In this document: one piece after another, positions 1-14,467 of the stretch | Layout of the letters: every line of letters starts with the position of its first letter | Numbering within the stretch: the stretch's first letter is position 1 | Assembly: GCA_964016885.1 (NCBI GenBank) | Contig: OZ024740.1 | Location: 332,382,001-332,446,000, forward strand | Length of the DNA: 64,000 bases | Origin: Eledone cirrhosa | Lineage: Eukaryota | Direction of reading: 5' to 3' | Made by a program: the position numbers and the translations under genes | Notes under the pieces: generated by a model | Databases searched by the model: none | The model's input: only the letters and a program-made list of their open reading frames with translations | Told to the model about the DNA's origin: nothing

Positions 1-1225
1 GTAAGGAGCGTATTGAAGTCACATCTGAACAGCAGAAATGCCATAAGCGCAGTAAATTCCCGAGCTGTGTCTATTATTAGGTACAGTGCGGGAATTCTGA
101 AATGGAATGTTGCTGAACAAAAAGAAATGGATAGGAAGACTAGGAAGCTATTGACTATCTACAACATGTTCCACAAGAGGAGTGATGTCGATAGACTCTA
201 CCTAAGGAGATCTGAGGGTGGAAGAGGTCTTATCAGCATAGAGGACTGTGTTCAGATGGAGAAAAACAACCTATACAAATACGTGACCTATAGTAAGGAG
301 CCAATGCTCAGAGCTGTACTGAAGGAGGGGACAGTAGGCCAGGGGATATCCAAGGAGGAAATAACATCAAGGAGGAAGAGCAGCCTTAAGGGAAAATCCC
401 TTCATAGTACCTTCTTTGAGAAAACTGAATTTAGAGATCCACAGACATGGAACTGGTTGAGAAGAGGAGACCTCAAAAAGGCTACAGAAGGAATGCTAAT
501 GGCTGCGCAGGAGCAGGCCCTCAAAACGAAGTGGTTGAAGCACCATATCTACAAGGAGGAGGCTAGCCCACTGTGCAGGATCTGTGGAGAGAGAGAGAGG
601 AGACTGTGGCTCACATTGTGTCCGAGTGTAAACACCTAGCCCAGACCCACTATAAGGGCTGGAGACACGATGTGATGGGCAGGGTGATCCACTGGCACCT
701 GTGCAAAGTAAACAATCTACCACATTCTGAGAAATGGTATGAGCATAGGCCAGAGGCGGTGATGGAGAACAGTCAGGTGAAGGTGCTGTGGGATTTTAGG
801 ATACAGACGGACAAAAAACTGGAACACAATAGACCTGACCTGGTGGTTGTGGACAAAGAAAAAAGATCGTGCCTGATTGTGGATGTGGCCTGCCCGTTCG
901 ACACGAGAGTGCAAGAGAAGGAGAGGGAGAAAATTAACCGATACCAGGACCTAAAGTGGGAGGTGAAAAGGATTTGGAACTGCCATGAAGTCAAAGTGAT
1001 CCCGATTGTCATAGGCGCACTGGGGACTATCTCCAAAGGTTTCCAGGGATGGTTAAAGAAAATCGGCCCCTTCACGCTTTTTGGAACGCTTCAAAAGGCA
1101 TGCTTGCTTGGAACGGCAAGAACCCTCCGATACGTCCTGAATATCTGAGGCTGCAGGTAGTGGCTTGATATTCAATCCAACGGACTTTCCAGTTAACCAA
1201 CATCAATGACTGAGATTCAAAGAAT
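1..1225 (+). mobile_element. 3' part of an RLE-type non-LTR retrotransposon (Dong/R4-like), with (TAA)n(GAA)n tail at 1226-1300
   Basis: ORFs 13-639 and 573-1148 join across a (GA)n slippage frameshift at about 587-599. They give the RT C-terminus (DRLYLRRSEGGRGL), a CCHC knuckle (CRIC..ETVAHIVSEC) and a PD..D restriction-like endonuclease (RPDLVVVD..IVDVACP). A short 3' UTR and a TAA repeat follow. Confidence 0.9.
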
Positions 1226-1234
1226 AACAATAAC

Positions 1235-1301
<67 letters not shown>

Positions 1302-1409
1302 TTGAAAAATGTCATCTGGGACAAGATACTCTTCACTTCTCGTTCAATAAATAAACTTTGTAATTGAAAGTAATCAATATAATAATGCAGCCTCTTAAAT
1401 TATATATAT

Positions 1410-1770
1410 ATTGCCATTTGCTAATCGCTTTACTGTGTCGGTTGTCACAAACAGTAATGACCGGCATGGGCCGGTGTTTGGATTCTGTCGATCGATTGGT
1501 TATTGATTAGGCGATACCCGCTGATGAAGCCGCATAAGCCGATTGTGCATTGTTGCATAATATATGCAGAGAGGTGGTGCAGTGCACCTTACTGCTGCAT
1601 TAGCGCGGCAGAAACTCGAGTCCGGTAACCTTATAGGCACCCGTTTTACGTGTGTTGTGTTGGGGCAAATAACTATGTGTATACTCTCGTAATGTATCTT
1701 ACATTGCCTATTGAGTGCGCTGAGATACAACCGGTACTGGCATTGATAAATATGTTGGGTCCGTCAACCC

Positions 1771-1772
<2 letters not shown>
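1410..1772 (+). mobile_element. Penelope-like pLTR fragment; second copy at about 12688-12921
   Basis: Between (TA)n tracts; carries a hammerhead and the tail hairpin (1683-1720); 1546-1770 closely matches 12688-12920. Confidence 0.7.
1514..1627 (+). ncRNA. Type I hammerhead ribozyme with long loop II
   Basis: CUGAUGA (1521-27), stem II GCCGC/GCGGC, GAAAC-UCGA-GUC (1611-22), stem I CCG/CGG extended by UA/UA. Confidence 0.75.
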
Positions 1773-1832
<60 letters not shown>

Positions 1833-1938
1833 AAAAGAAAATTTCGTTCTACATGGGTGAATACAATAAATGTAATATGTGTTTTTGAAAATTGCATATA
1901 TTTTCACTATACTTGACAGTTTGGCATTTGAACAGTTT

Positions 1939-1984
1939 GCTGTACTGATGAAGGGTGATACCAAGAAACATTAGTGTCTGCAGT
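1939..1984 (+). ncRNA. Type I hammerhead ribozyme
   Basis: GCUGUA-CUGAUGA-(GG..CC)-GAAAC-AUUAGU-GUC-UGCAGU; 6-bp stem I, weak stem II. Confidence 0.7.
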
Positions 1985-2111
1985 CCTGCTCGCATGCCAA
2001 TACAAGAGCAAGAATGAAGTGTTCATTCTAATGACATGACTATAAAATTGACGCTTGTTTGCATAATTGAAAACGAATCGAATGTTATTCTTAATATTCG
2101 AAAACTCAGAT

Positions 2112-2209
<98 letters not shown>

Positions 2210-2461
2210 TACATTTAAACTTACACTTACACTAACACATATAACGATACTAATACACACTCCACTTTGCGTTCCCACTCGCAATCATGGCTACCTAACG
2301 GCTTTCTTGTTTTCCCTTTTCATTTTCATTTTACTGTGTCTTTACTGGACATCCTTTCTCTTTCTCTATTGTGATCCTGTCTCTACTTGTACTCTTGAAG
2401 AAGGCCTTAAGCCCGACACGTCGAATTGTCTTTCCTCTTTCCAATATAAAGCGTGCAACTA

Positions 2462-2587
<126 letters not shown>

Positions 2588-2650
2588 ATATATAAAATAT
2601 GTATATATATATGTAGATAAATCTACCGAAATATACGGTAGTGTCCTTGG

Positions 2651-2696
<46 letters not shown>

Positions 2697-3009
2697 ACAG
2701 AGGTACAAAAAATGTTATTAGTTATACGCTTTATATTGGAAAGAGGAATGAAAATTCGATGTGTCAGGCTTAAGGCCTTCTTCAAGAGTACAAATAGATA
2801 TATACATATATTTAAAAAAAGGAAAGATCGACTTCACTTGTAGTTCTAAACAATCCTATTTAATTTTATAATTTTATAATATTATAATATTATGAGTTGG
2901 AAGATCTAGTAAGTACTTTCTTAACTCAGGTGGGAAGACTCTTAAAGATACCTGGTTAACTTTCCTGGAGAACTTTCTCGCGTTGTCAAACTGACATATA
3001 TATATATAA

Positions 3010-3211
3010 ATTATGAGTATATGTATGGTTATTCACCGACACCTCAGTATGCAGGTTGGAGCACTCAATGAAGTACGCAGATTGGTTTGTTTACCTCCGA
3101 AGTAATGTAAAATAAGTAAGTTAAATATGTAAAATTTGGGTTTGTTTATTATAAATTATAAATTTACTGCTATACATATTTCGGTGACAGCCATCATTGG
3201 CTGTGACCTCT
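3010..3211 (-). mobile_element. Diverged 3'-terminal fragment of the 3311-4277 family
   Basis: Reverse complement aligns to about 4083-4276; flanked by (TA)n. Confidence 0.75.
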
Positions 3212-3316
<105 letters not shown>

Positions 3317-3360
3317 AAGTTAAATAAAAGTCAAATGATTAAAATTTAGCTTCGTTTATT

Positions 3361-3415
3361 ACTGCTATATATATTTCAGTGACAGCCATCTTTGGCTGTG
3401 ACCTCTTCAGGCAGT
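3361..3415 (-). ncRNA. Minimal type I hammerhead ribozyme (inverted-arm copy)
   Basis: Reverse complement of 4075-4129. Confidence 0.8.
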
Positions 3416-4074
3416 TTGAATTAGTATGGTATAGACAAGTACATATGTTGTTTAGGTGTATGATATTGTCAATACTCTGATATGCCCAGTTCCTTGTTGG
3501 GTTGTTAATTCACTGGGGAACTGGAGTCATATGAATTCAAACAAACGAATTTTAGTGTCACAGGTCCCCTTCTCCTCTCATTGGTCAGTTATTAGTGTTG
3601 TCATTGTTGGAGTTAGCTTAAAAATTGATAAAATGGTAGAAGGGACAAGGTGTTGAAGGAACAAAATATCAAAAAATGTGTCAAACTTCCCATTGTTCAG
3701 TTCTGAGAGCATTCCTCAGTCAGAAGTCTATAGAATTCTTTCTGGGGTGAGGCTCCCTATAGACTTCTGACTGAGGAATGCTCTCAGAACTGAACAATGG
3801 GAAGTTTGACACATTTTTTGATATTTTGTTCCTTCAACACCTTGTCCCTTCTACCATTTTATCAATTTTTAAGCTAACTCCAACAATGACAACACTAATA
3901 ACTGACCAATGAGAGGAGAAGGGGACCTGTGACACTAAAATTCGTTTGTTTGAATTCATATGACTCCAGTTCCCCAGTGAATTAACAACCCAACAAGGAA
4001 CTGGGCATATCAGAGTATTGACAATATCATACACCTAAACAACATATGTACTTGTCTATACCATACTAATTCAA

Positions 4075-4129
4075 ACTGCCTGAAGAGGTCACAGCCAAAG
4101 ATGGCTGTCACTGAAATATATATAGCAGT
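4075..4129 (+). ncRNA. Minimal type I hammerhead ribozyme
   Basis: ACUGC-CUGAAGA-stem II (ACAGCC/GGCUGU)-GAAAU-AUAU-AUA-GCAGU; 2-bp stem III with a palindromic loop, typical of PLE hammerheads. Confidence 0.85.
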
Positions 4130-4295
4130 AATAAACGAAGCTAAATTTTAATCATTTGACTTTTATTTAACTTTATTTTACACTACTCCGGAGTAACCAA
4201 ACCAACCTGCGCACTTCGTCGAGTGCTCCAGCCTGCATACTGAGGTGTTGGTATACAACCAACATAAACTCAAAATCTATATATATATATATATA

Positions 4296-4545
4296 TTAAA
4301 ATAAAAGATTAAAAAAGTTTAAGCAACGAATCGCTGCTTTTACTCTTGGTTGCAACGTTTTTTGAAATATTCACTTCTGCATTCACAGATTAACTTTGTT
4401 AGTTTCAGAAGATCCCTTTAAGAGTGAAAGCAGCGATTCTTTGCTTAAACTTTAATCGTTATTTTAATAAATATTTGCTCTACGGTTCTTATATAGTTGA
4501 TATATATTTATCCTTATCGAGCCCTCTTCGGATTTTAGTCTTCAA
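4296..4545 (+). mobile_element. Small fold-back pLTR insertion with variant hammerhead (4401-4451); opposite-strand copy at about 7267-7470
   Basis: 4296-4347 is inverted to 4421-4468. AGUUU-CAGAAGA..GAAAG..CUU-AAACU; tail hairpin 4477-4526. Confidence 0.7.
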
Positions 4546-4560
4546 ATTTATTATTATTAC

Positions 4561-4594
<34 letters not shown>

Positions 4595-6004
4595 TCTATA
4601 TATATACATTGTTACCTTTTTTTGTTCATTCAGAAGAAGAGGTCTCACTACAATCTTATACGTAAGACATTTTAAACACACATTTGAACTTGGTTGATAG
4701 GGTTAAACGTTTGCATCTCTTCTTCCATTAACAGTGTAATCGCTGTATTGGACGACATCTCCGCCCATATCACTTTTGAGTGAAGACAACTAAATATCAA
4801 TAACCCCAGAATGTGAGACATAAATCTAAGCAGTTGTTTTGATTTCATAATTAATTTTGATTCATATACTCACAAAAATGTATTATTAAATATATTCTAG
4901 CTTATGTATTATCACCGATACAACCATACACATAGCTGCGTATATTTATGAGATCGTAATTTATCAGTTAAACACATCTGTATATCAATCATGACGTAGC
5001 TAATCAAGACTGGGATATCAGGAAGTATCAGTATCTATTTAGTTGGCCAGAGTAATCGAGCTCTCTTCACATCGGATGTAGGTTACGAAAATAATTTCCT
5101 ATCCTTACGTGACAGAAAGGAAGAAATTGCAGCTGATATAACCTAAGTGAACGAGTTTGTATACTATAAAACTGTAGAGAAATCATTTATTTCGTAAATG
5201 TATTTTGACAGATCCTAGTTTAGAATTGTAAAGTAATTATATATGACTTCCAGAAAATCTTAATACGTAAAGTGTCCCCTATTTAATTAGAATATATAAC
5301 GCTGATACTTAAAGGAAAAGCCCCAAACAAGCTTCATACGAAGGCGGAAATATGCTGACATCTTTCTATTAATAATTGAGTATACATGATATATATTCAT
5401 GTAATGCCTAGTTGAAAATTAACTGACTCAGACATATCTAACTGTAGAATATCCAAATATACAACAAGTTTCTATCCGTAGAGATTCTGAAATAGAATGT
5501 TATTTTCAGACTAGATCAACAATTATTTTAACAATTACACAGCACCCTAACATATATAAAGGTATATGTTTCTAAAAAAATAGATTATCATTATTACACA
5601 TTTTTTCTCCTTAGAAATATTGTATTTTAGTCGTTTGTCATATTAAACGATGTTCAAATAACATTTTTAGTTCAAAATAGTTTAGGAAACAGCTCCTAAC
5701 AGGGAAACATATTGTGTGCTTAAATTAGTTATTTTTCAATAGACTGATCATTTCGCCTGTGCAAGAAAAGAATTGTCAGACATCGAATAACACACATACG
5801 CCAGGAAAATGGGTATGAAATCGATTCAGCAACTGAGTAACTTTGAAGTATTCAGTAATTTATTGGGGTCCATTCTTTATTCTATTTACAAAAAGGTTAA
5901 TTCTCAATATATATATATACACAGACATATATATATGTATGTATATATACATATAACGATAACTTGATGAAACTCTTACATTTGTTTTGATTATATATTC
6001 CAGC

Positions 6005-6250
6005 ATACATGGCTAAGAGTGTGAGATGTTAGATTCACAATTAACAATCATAAGGTCATGAGGTTAATATTCGAGTGTGCCTTGTGTTTTTGAACAAACA
6101 TCTTTGATCCACTGAGCTTGCAAAAGTAAATTTTACCTGCAATCGAAATGATCATCTGTGTCATATATTGTCCCAGTCTAATTCCTTCTATGTACTATAT
6201 TAAGGATACACATGCATATAGCATATAAATGTCAGGAACATAATTTTGTG
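6005..6250 (+). mobile_element. Degenerate tRNA-derived SINE
   Basis: Weak similarity to the SINE at 57427 (TGGCT..GTG head; TTGTGT..TTGA.CAA; CCACT.AGCT). Confidence 0.4.
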
Positions 6251-6584
6251 AAGTCCGATTATTGAGGTAACAATAGACAGAACTGATATTTCGTCTGAAT
6301 TATTTTCTCTAGCAATAGCAGTATATATATTTCACCATACTCAGTCATAATATTAGAAAAATGTATCGAATTTGCTTTCCAGTTAGAACAAGAGATTTTA
6401 TTTTTAAAGTAATTCGTGCTAACACTATGTGCACATATGTGTGTCAATTCATTTGTATGCAACATCTTTAGATAATTATATATTTATATGTAATTTGGCA
6501 GATTTCACCACTGGTCTTTAGCAACCACGGTATTTGAAGCTATGTACACACACACACACACACAAACAGACACATACACACATA

Positions 6585-6720
<136 letters not shown>

Positions 6721-7145
6721 AACACACACATATACATATATATATATATGTATAAGTGTGGAAAGCTCAACTCATATGTTACGATTCGAATATGTATAAC
6801 ATTTTATGTTTATCTAACCACTTTGTTAAACATGGTGTCGTATTTTCGATAGCTTTGCATCCACATTATTTTTTTGATAAGTATATATAACCAAACAATC
6901 TATAATGTATCAGTATTTTTCCTTTAATGTAAATCTTTTTTCTGTTTCCTCTTTTCTAATCATCTAAATCTATCTATCATTAACCACTAAGTATTAAAGT
7001 TGAAAACATATGTGTATAAGAGTGTATATGTATGTATAGGATGATGTGTCATTCCACAACTTCTTTGATGATAGCGTTTTCGTATGAACACGTTTCTATA
7101 CCTTTATAGCTATATATACATCCAGCATATTGGTTTCATTTAATT

Positions 7146-7181
<36 letters not shown>

Positions 7182-7877
7182 TATATATATGTATATTAAG
7201 AGTGAGAAATGAAATTTCGTTTCATTTTTTCCATTTATATATATATATAGTAATCATAATAAATGTGGAAGACTAAAATGAAAAGAGGGCTCGATAAGGA
7301 TAAATATATATCAAATATATAAGAACCCTAGAGCCAATATTTATTAAAATAACAGATTAAAGTTTAAGCGACGAATCGCTGCTTTCACTCCTCTTCTGAA
7401 ACTAAAAAAAATCAATCAGTTAATGCAGAATAAATATTTCGAAAAACGTTGCAACCGAAAGAAAAAAGGAAGACGATACTTTGGTTCGTGAAGACGTTAC
7501 CTGGCAATGAACGGTAAGAAAAGCGAAGATAATACGTCGTTATGTGGAACGATGAGAACAAATACACGCAAAGACAAAACCACGTTTATGGTATAAAGGT
7601 ATAAAGGGAGTCATAGACTAATATTCTATTTAGGAAACTGAATGATTCTCGGCTTCGGAGTTAAGAATAATGTAAATAAATTAGTAGAACGAAAATGACA
7701 GAATTATTAAAATCCTAAAAGTAATAATAATTAAATATATACATATACACATCATATACGTACATACATGTGCATGCGCGAAAACACCATGCATGCATAT
7801 ACATGTACGTACACATAAACACGCGCACACATACGTAAACCCGTCATTATTTTTCTGGCGATGGATTATTTTTCTAG

Positions 7878-8236
7878 GGCGGTGGATTGGCAGTATCGGT
7901 AGAGGGTCGGACGCCATGCTTTCCAGCATAGTTACGTCCCTTTACGATCTGAGTTCAAATCCCGCCGAGGTTGACTTTGCCTTTCATCCTTACGGGGTCG
8001 ATAAAATAAAGTACCAGTAATGTTCGGGGTAATTGCTGGCCTTGTGCCTAAAGTAGAAACAATTATTTTTCTGGCATACGCCATGCTTTCCAGCATAGTT
8101 ACGTCCCTTTACGATCTGAGTTCAAATCCCGCCGAGGTTGACTTTGCCTTTCATCCTTACGGGGTCGATAAAATAAAGTACCAGTAATTCACTAGGTATT
8201 GCTGGCCTTATGCCTAAAGTAGAAACAATTATTTTT
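7878..8236 (+). mobile_element. tRNA-derived SINE with tandem partial duplication
   Basis: A-box-like GGATTGGCAGTATCGG, B box GAGTTCAAATCC, core GCCTTTCATCCTTACGGGGTCGATAAAATAAAGTACCAG; 8078-8236 repeats 7911-8070; near-identical copies at 44960 and 51074. Confidence 0.85.
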
Positions 8237-8552
8237 CTAGGCCTTCAAGTTCGCACCTAAGCTGCAACCTTGCATTAATTAAACCTGTGTGTAATCTTTA
8301 ATGACTTTACAAATAGTCTATCATATTCACACCTTAACACGGCTTCATTTATATTGCGTTGCCAACCCTGCATATGTTAAATCCTTCTAAAAAAAAAAAT
8401 AACTTTAAGTAAACTTTATTACCTCCCTTAGCAAACTATTCTCCCTTCACCGTGTTTATACCTTTAACATTTAAATTTAATATGCTTGGCGATGTGAAAC
8501 TATTATTCTACCCTATTAAGGTCTATAATTAAAAACTTTACCTTTAATATCT

Positions 8553-8594
8553 GCCTCCGACGAGCCCCAATGGGCGAAACCTGCGTAAGAGCTT
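8553..8594 (+). ncRNA. Degenerate minimal hammerhead
   Basis: CCGACGA-GCCC-CAAU-GGGC-GAAAC-CUGC-GUA; weak stem I; about 50 nt upstream of (TA)n. Confidence 0.55.
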
Positions 8595-8642
8595 TATAAA
8601 GATGTTTTAACGGCTTGTAACTCTTCCATTAATTCTTTTACT

Positions 8643-8675
<33 letters not shown>

Positions 8676-8706
8676 TTGTGTGTGCGTGTGTGTGTGTGTG
8701 TTTGTT

Positions 8707-8737
<31 letters not shown>

Positions 8738-8816
8738 ATGTGTGTTTGGTGATACATAAAATACAGAAGCGAAAACTAACCCAAACAGTGTGTTCTGTTA
8801 TTTCTGGCAATATTAT

Positions 8817-8886
<70 letters not shown>

Positions 8887-8890
<4 letters not shown>

Positions 8891-9206
8891 TATGCGATTT
8901 AGTGCCGTACTGGTCGTGGTACCAATATCAGAACTCGATGCATAGGCAGAGTGTATATATTAAGATGCCGATGAAGTTTGAAGTTTAGTTTACATGTAGG
9001 TAGTCATTAATTATGTTACGTGCGCAAAGGCCTGACCCAAGTCACCCATAGAAGTTATGGACCAGACACCATTATTGATCTGCTCTTCTGATTGATAATT
9101 CAACAAAAACACATTGTTTTTGAAGAGCAGATTTATAATGGAGCAAGGTCCATATCTTCTACGGGTGAACTTGGGCCAACTCTCTGAGAAAAGCGCGTAA
9201 CAAGTT
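8887..9206 (-). mobile_element. Old fold-back pLTR insertion
   Basis: Imperfect inverted arms about 9016-9088 and 9122-9203; tail hairpin ACTC-TGC-ctat-GCA-TC-GAGT at 8933-8952 (minus); (TA)n flanks. Confidence 0.6.
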
Positions 9207-9208
9207 CA

Positions 9209-9318
<110 letters not shown>

Positions 9319-9366
9319 TGTGTGTGTATCTTTTCTGAAAGTATTTATTTTGAAATTTCCCCAATG

Positions 9367-9425
<59 letters not shown>

Positions 9426-9917
9426 ATATATATATATATATATCCGCTTGTGTGTGTGTGTGTCAGAAGGTCGCACAGTTGTGTCCATACATTTTCATTT
9501 GCGCATTCCACGTGGGACTAGTGTATATTTAGTGACCAAGTAATCATATAAACGAACATATTCTACTACCATATCTATGTATTGATGAACAGTTCATTCC
9601 GGAATTCTTGCATAGATTTCATTGCTTCAGCTTTTGCTAACATCTGTGATCATATTATATACAGAACAACAGAAATAAAATGTTTTAATGGTCGTACACG
9701 GGAATTGATTTGTAAGATGCCTATGAACTATGCATAAATGCATTAAAAAAAAACTCTTGATTTTTCTGAAGAAAATGTAGGTTTATGAATGCATAACGCA
9801 ATTTTTTAATGTTTAGTGAGGAGCTAAATGAAATCTGATGGTTGTACTACGTTGACTGTAAAGTGATGAATTATTTGTGGCCTTATTTGTTTCCTTTCTT
9901 ATTATTTAGCTTCCTTT

Positions 9918-10090
9918 AGTGTGCTGGATTGGCAGTATCGATAGAGAGACGGACAAAAATACTTTGCTGCATATAGTTACAGCGTTATCTTCGCCGAAGT
10001 TATCTTCGCCGTTCATTCTTTCGGGGTTTATAAAATAAAGTACCATAAACTCAATTCGGTCGACTTAATCGACTTTCTTCTTCCCTCAAA
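9918..10090 (+). mobile_element. Diverged copy of the tRNA-derived SINE
   Basis: GGATTGGCAGTATCG head and ATAAAATAAAGTACCA core match the 7878 copy. Confidence 0.7.
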
Positions 10091-12652
10091 ACTCTTCACA
10101 GCGTTAGATCTATACAGGTAATATAGCATGATTATTTCAATCTACAGTACATTCTTGCCTATGAAAAATGTATTTCAATCATCTTATTTCCATGCGTCCG
10201 ATATATGTAGTCTTATTTATGGTATCTAGTACATTTATATGTATTCACATATTTAATGTTTACAAATGATTGATATCTTACACATCCATGGGATCAAATG
10301 TCTATTGTAAAGTCTGACACGTAATTTTTAATCGGATACTGCCCAACCTGATGAACAACTCTTTTGCATATTTACAACATTCACGATAGTCTATATATTT
10401 GTCTATCCCATAATCATTGCATAACTTTCCAAAGTGCATCAGTACAAGAAGATACAAGAACACCATTTAAATTCTCAAGTTTAGAGATATGTATAGCAAA
10501 TAGTAGACACACAAATCTATTAAACAGAATCAATTTATATATTTTTTACTACTTAAATACTATTTAGACTAGATCCTAATATATTACTGGGGCATAGATT
10601 TCTTAGTATGATTTGAAATCTGACTGAAGAATAATGTAGTAGATGTGTTCTATATTTCAGTACAATGGATTATTCATTTGCTGAATCCTGATATGCCTAA
10701 AATAGCAAACATCATAACATTATGAAAAACATGAATTAATAATTTAAAATAACCATCACGCAAATAAAACTATAACTAATCATATTTATTCTTGCAATAG
10801 CAAGAGAATCGGAGAATATTTGAAATTTCATCTGAACAGTTTCAGTCTGAGAATGTTTCATTTCCGCCAATATCCATACTCTTTATAAAATCTCCATCCG
10901 AAAATGGCTTCTCCACTCATTTGTTTTTCAATGAAAGTTGGATACTCTTTGAACATTACTAATGCCGGATATGAAGTCAGGTGTTTAGTGGTTCACATTT
11001 CGACCTATCATGTTTCTGTCAAAGAGTAAGAAGGTCCAATTTTGCCAGGTAATTGATAAAATTGTGTTAAATTAAATTTTCTGAAGCTATTGAGAATTTT
11101 GCAATTCAAAGGAAAGCAAGTGATTAAAAGACTCGGGCTTTTTTTGTATTTTCCTTATTCACTTTCTCTCTATCAATCATAAAATCTCGAAAACAATATT
11201 CGATCGAGTTTGGTATTTTTCTTCTTGTTAGCTTAAGGAATTGCAATTAATGATCTGATGTGGAAATACGCAGGAAGCAATAAATAATAAGTGAAGTAAA
11301 TTATATGAATAAATACATGTTAAAAACCTACAAGAATTGATTTTGCTGATAGTAAATTTACCGATAGTAAATTTACCGAGGGAAAGAACATTTTTCAATA
11401 CCTTCACACCTGACAAATGCTTGTTCTATACATTTTACTGTGTTATATAGTGAGCTGTTTTTTAAATAGAGATAGCTAACTTTCACATTTTTCGATAATT
11501 AAAATCAGATTAAAATAAACATTCATCATTCATTCATCGTTCATTCATTATAAATTACGCTGTCATAATAAAAATGTTTAACCACGTAAAATCTGATTGG
11601 CAAATATTTCTGTTTTAACAGGGTTGTATCTCAGTTCACAACGTCTAAAATATCTAAAAAGAAATATTTATGAACGATTTTATTTTAATCAATTGACATT
11701 ACACAAAAGCTTATTTACAACTTTTTTCGTTCTATTATTTAATCAGATATTAAGGAGTATTAGAGAAGTTCCAGTAATATATAGTGTGGGAAAAATTGAT
11801 GATAATAAGTTTGATTAATTGTTTCGATTGAAAACCAAATTTAAGATTACATGATTGTGTAATCCTATGTTACAATGATCCAGAAATGTGTTTAAAACTG
11901 TTCTATATCACAGATAGATTGAGAGTGAAATAATAGGTAACGATAAATTTGTTGAAATTTTGTAGCGCACATTGTGAAAATATTGAGAGGTATATTCTCA
12001 TATAATACTCGCATAAAATATATTGTAATTTAGATGTAGTTAATCAGGGTCGTATATTTGAGTAAATGTTACGCACTCTATAACGTACACGGTGCAAAAT
12101 TATTGCAAATTGAACGCTTGCAATGTGCAATACAACGATAGAAACATGCGTTTCCTACTAGACACACCAAAGCAAATGGGTGACTGTGAAGATTGGACAT
12201 ACATAGAGTAGTGTAATCATGGTTGAAACTACATTAGTAGATATCAGTATATAATAGATATTGTTGTTAATTAGTTACAAGAGGATACTATAGAATGCCT
12301 TTTCCTCTGAAACCCAGCACTTACAGGGATGTAAATAAACATAATTTCATAGGAACTTAAAGAAATATTTATTGATTATGGACCATATATAATAGTTCAC
12401 CCAGAATGAACAAGATATATCATTATGGTTAGAAATTAATTAGTGTAAGATAGACATATTATATTTTGCGATTGATTAATGAGCTGCATGAGAACATGAA
12501 GCAGATGTATTACGGTGGACAAAAAGAAAGTTGGAAGAAAACTTAATCCAATGCAGCCGGTATATGGGGTGGTAACAGAGGTACTGCTCCTATATCTTCT
12601 AAACTTATACATGAAATGTATGCATACTTTTTGTTCAAATGTACATGCCAAT

Positions 12653-12692
<40 letters not shown>

Positions 12693-13029
12693 TTGTTGCA
12701 TAATATATGTAGACAGATGGTGCAGTGCACCTTACTGCTGTATTAGTGCGGCAGAAACTCGAATCCGGGAACCTTATAGGCACCCGTTTTACGTGTGTTG
12801 TGTTGAGGCAAATAACTATGTGTATACTCTGGTAATGTATCTTACATTGCCCATTGAGTGCGCTGAGATACAACCGGTACTGGTATTGATAAATATGGTG
12901 GGTCCGTCAAGCCTTATTATTAAATATATATATATATATATTATGCTCAAAACAATACTAGTAGCAAGCTGACCGACAAGTTACCGATGTATTTGTCTAC
13001 ACGTATTTTGTAACTGTGTGCATTTTCCG

Positions 13030-13830
<801 letters not shown>

Positions 13831-14392
13831 CACGGATGTGTTAGTACGTTTGAGAGAGTTTGTCTTTTGTGTGTATGTTTGTCTCAGTGTGTGTCATTGT
13901 GTGTGTCTATGTTCTGGCAATATGCATCCAATTATAGAAACAAATATCTGGAGATATAATGAAATCGGGCTAATGCACTAAATCAACAATCCTGCAGCGG
14001 CTGCACAATTTGAATAAACACTAGGTTTCTTGGCTGTATTCCAACTGACAAATAACTACAGAAAAGCATACACAAACAATAGTCTTAAACCGAACCTTCT
14101 CAGATGTTTCAGGTGGATTTTGGAGAAAAGCGTTCATCTATGTAAGTCAATAAAGATGCAAAGTCCTAAATTTATGGCATTTTGTGACTTGATAAAATCG
14201 ACCACAATGCGGAATTCCCAAGTATTAAAGGGAGAAGAAGAACATGCTCTATCGTGGTTATGGCTGAGACACGCGAGAGAAGAGATAACGCTGTCAATAA
14301 ACATTGAATTTTCAGTAATTTAAAAAACAAAGAAGCATGAGCACAAATAGAGCAATGAAACTAGTATAAGCGTTGTTGTTGTATCGTTATAG

Positions 14393-14464
<72 letters not shown>

Positions 14465-14467
<3 letters not shown>

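Noticed and set aside
3456-4034. Identical 66-aa ORFs on both strands (also 26111/28130 and 26411/27827)
   Set aside because: By-product of the inverted repeats; no recognisable protein motif.
7878-7970. tRNA gene
   Set aside because: A/B boxes run into a SINE body, there is no cloverleaf, and it is multi-copy.
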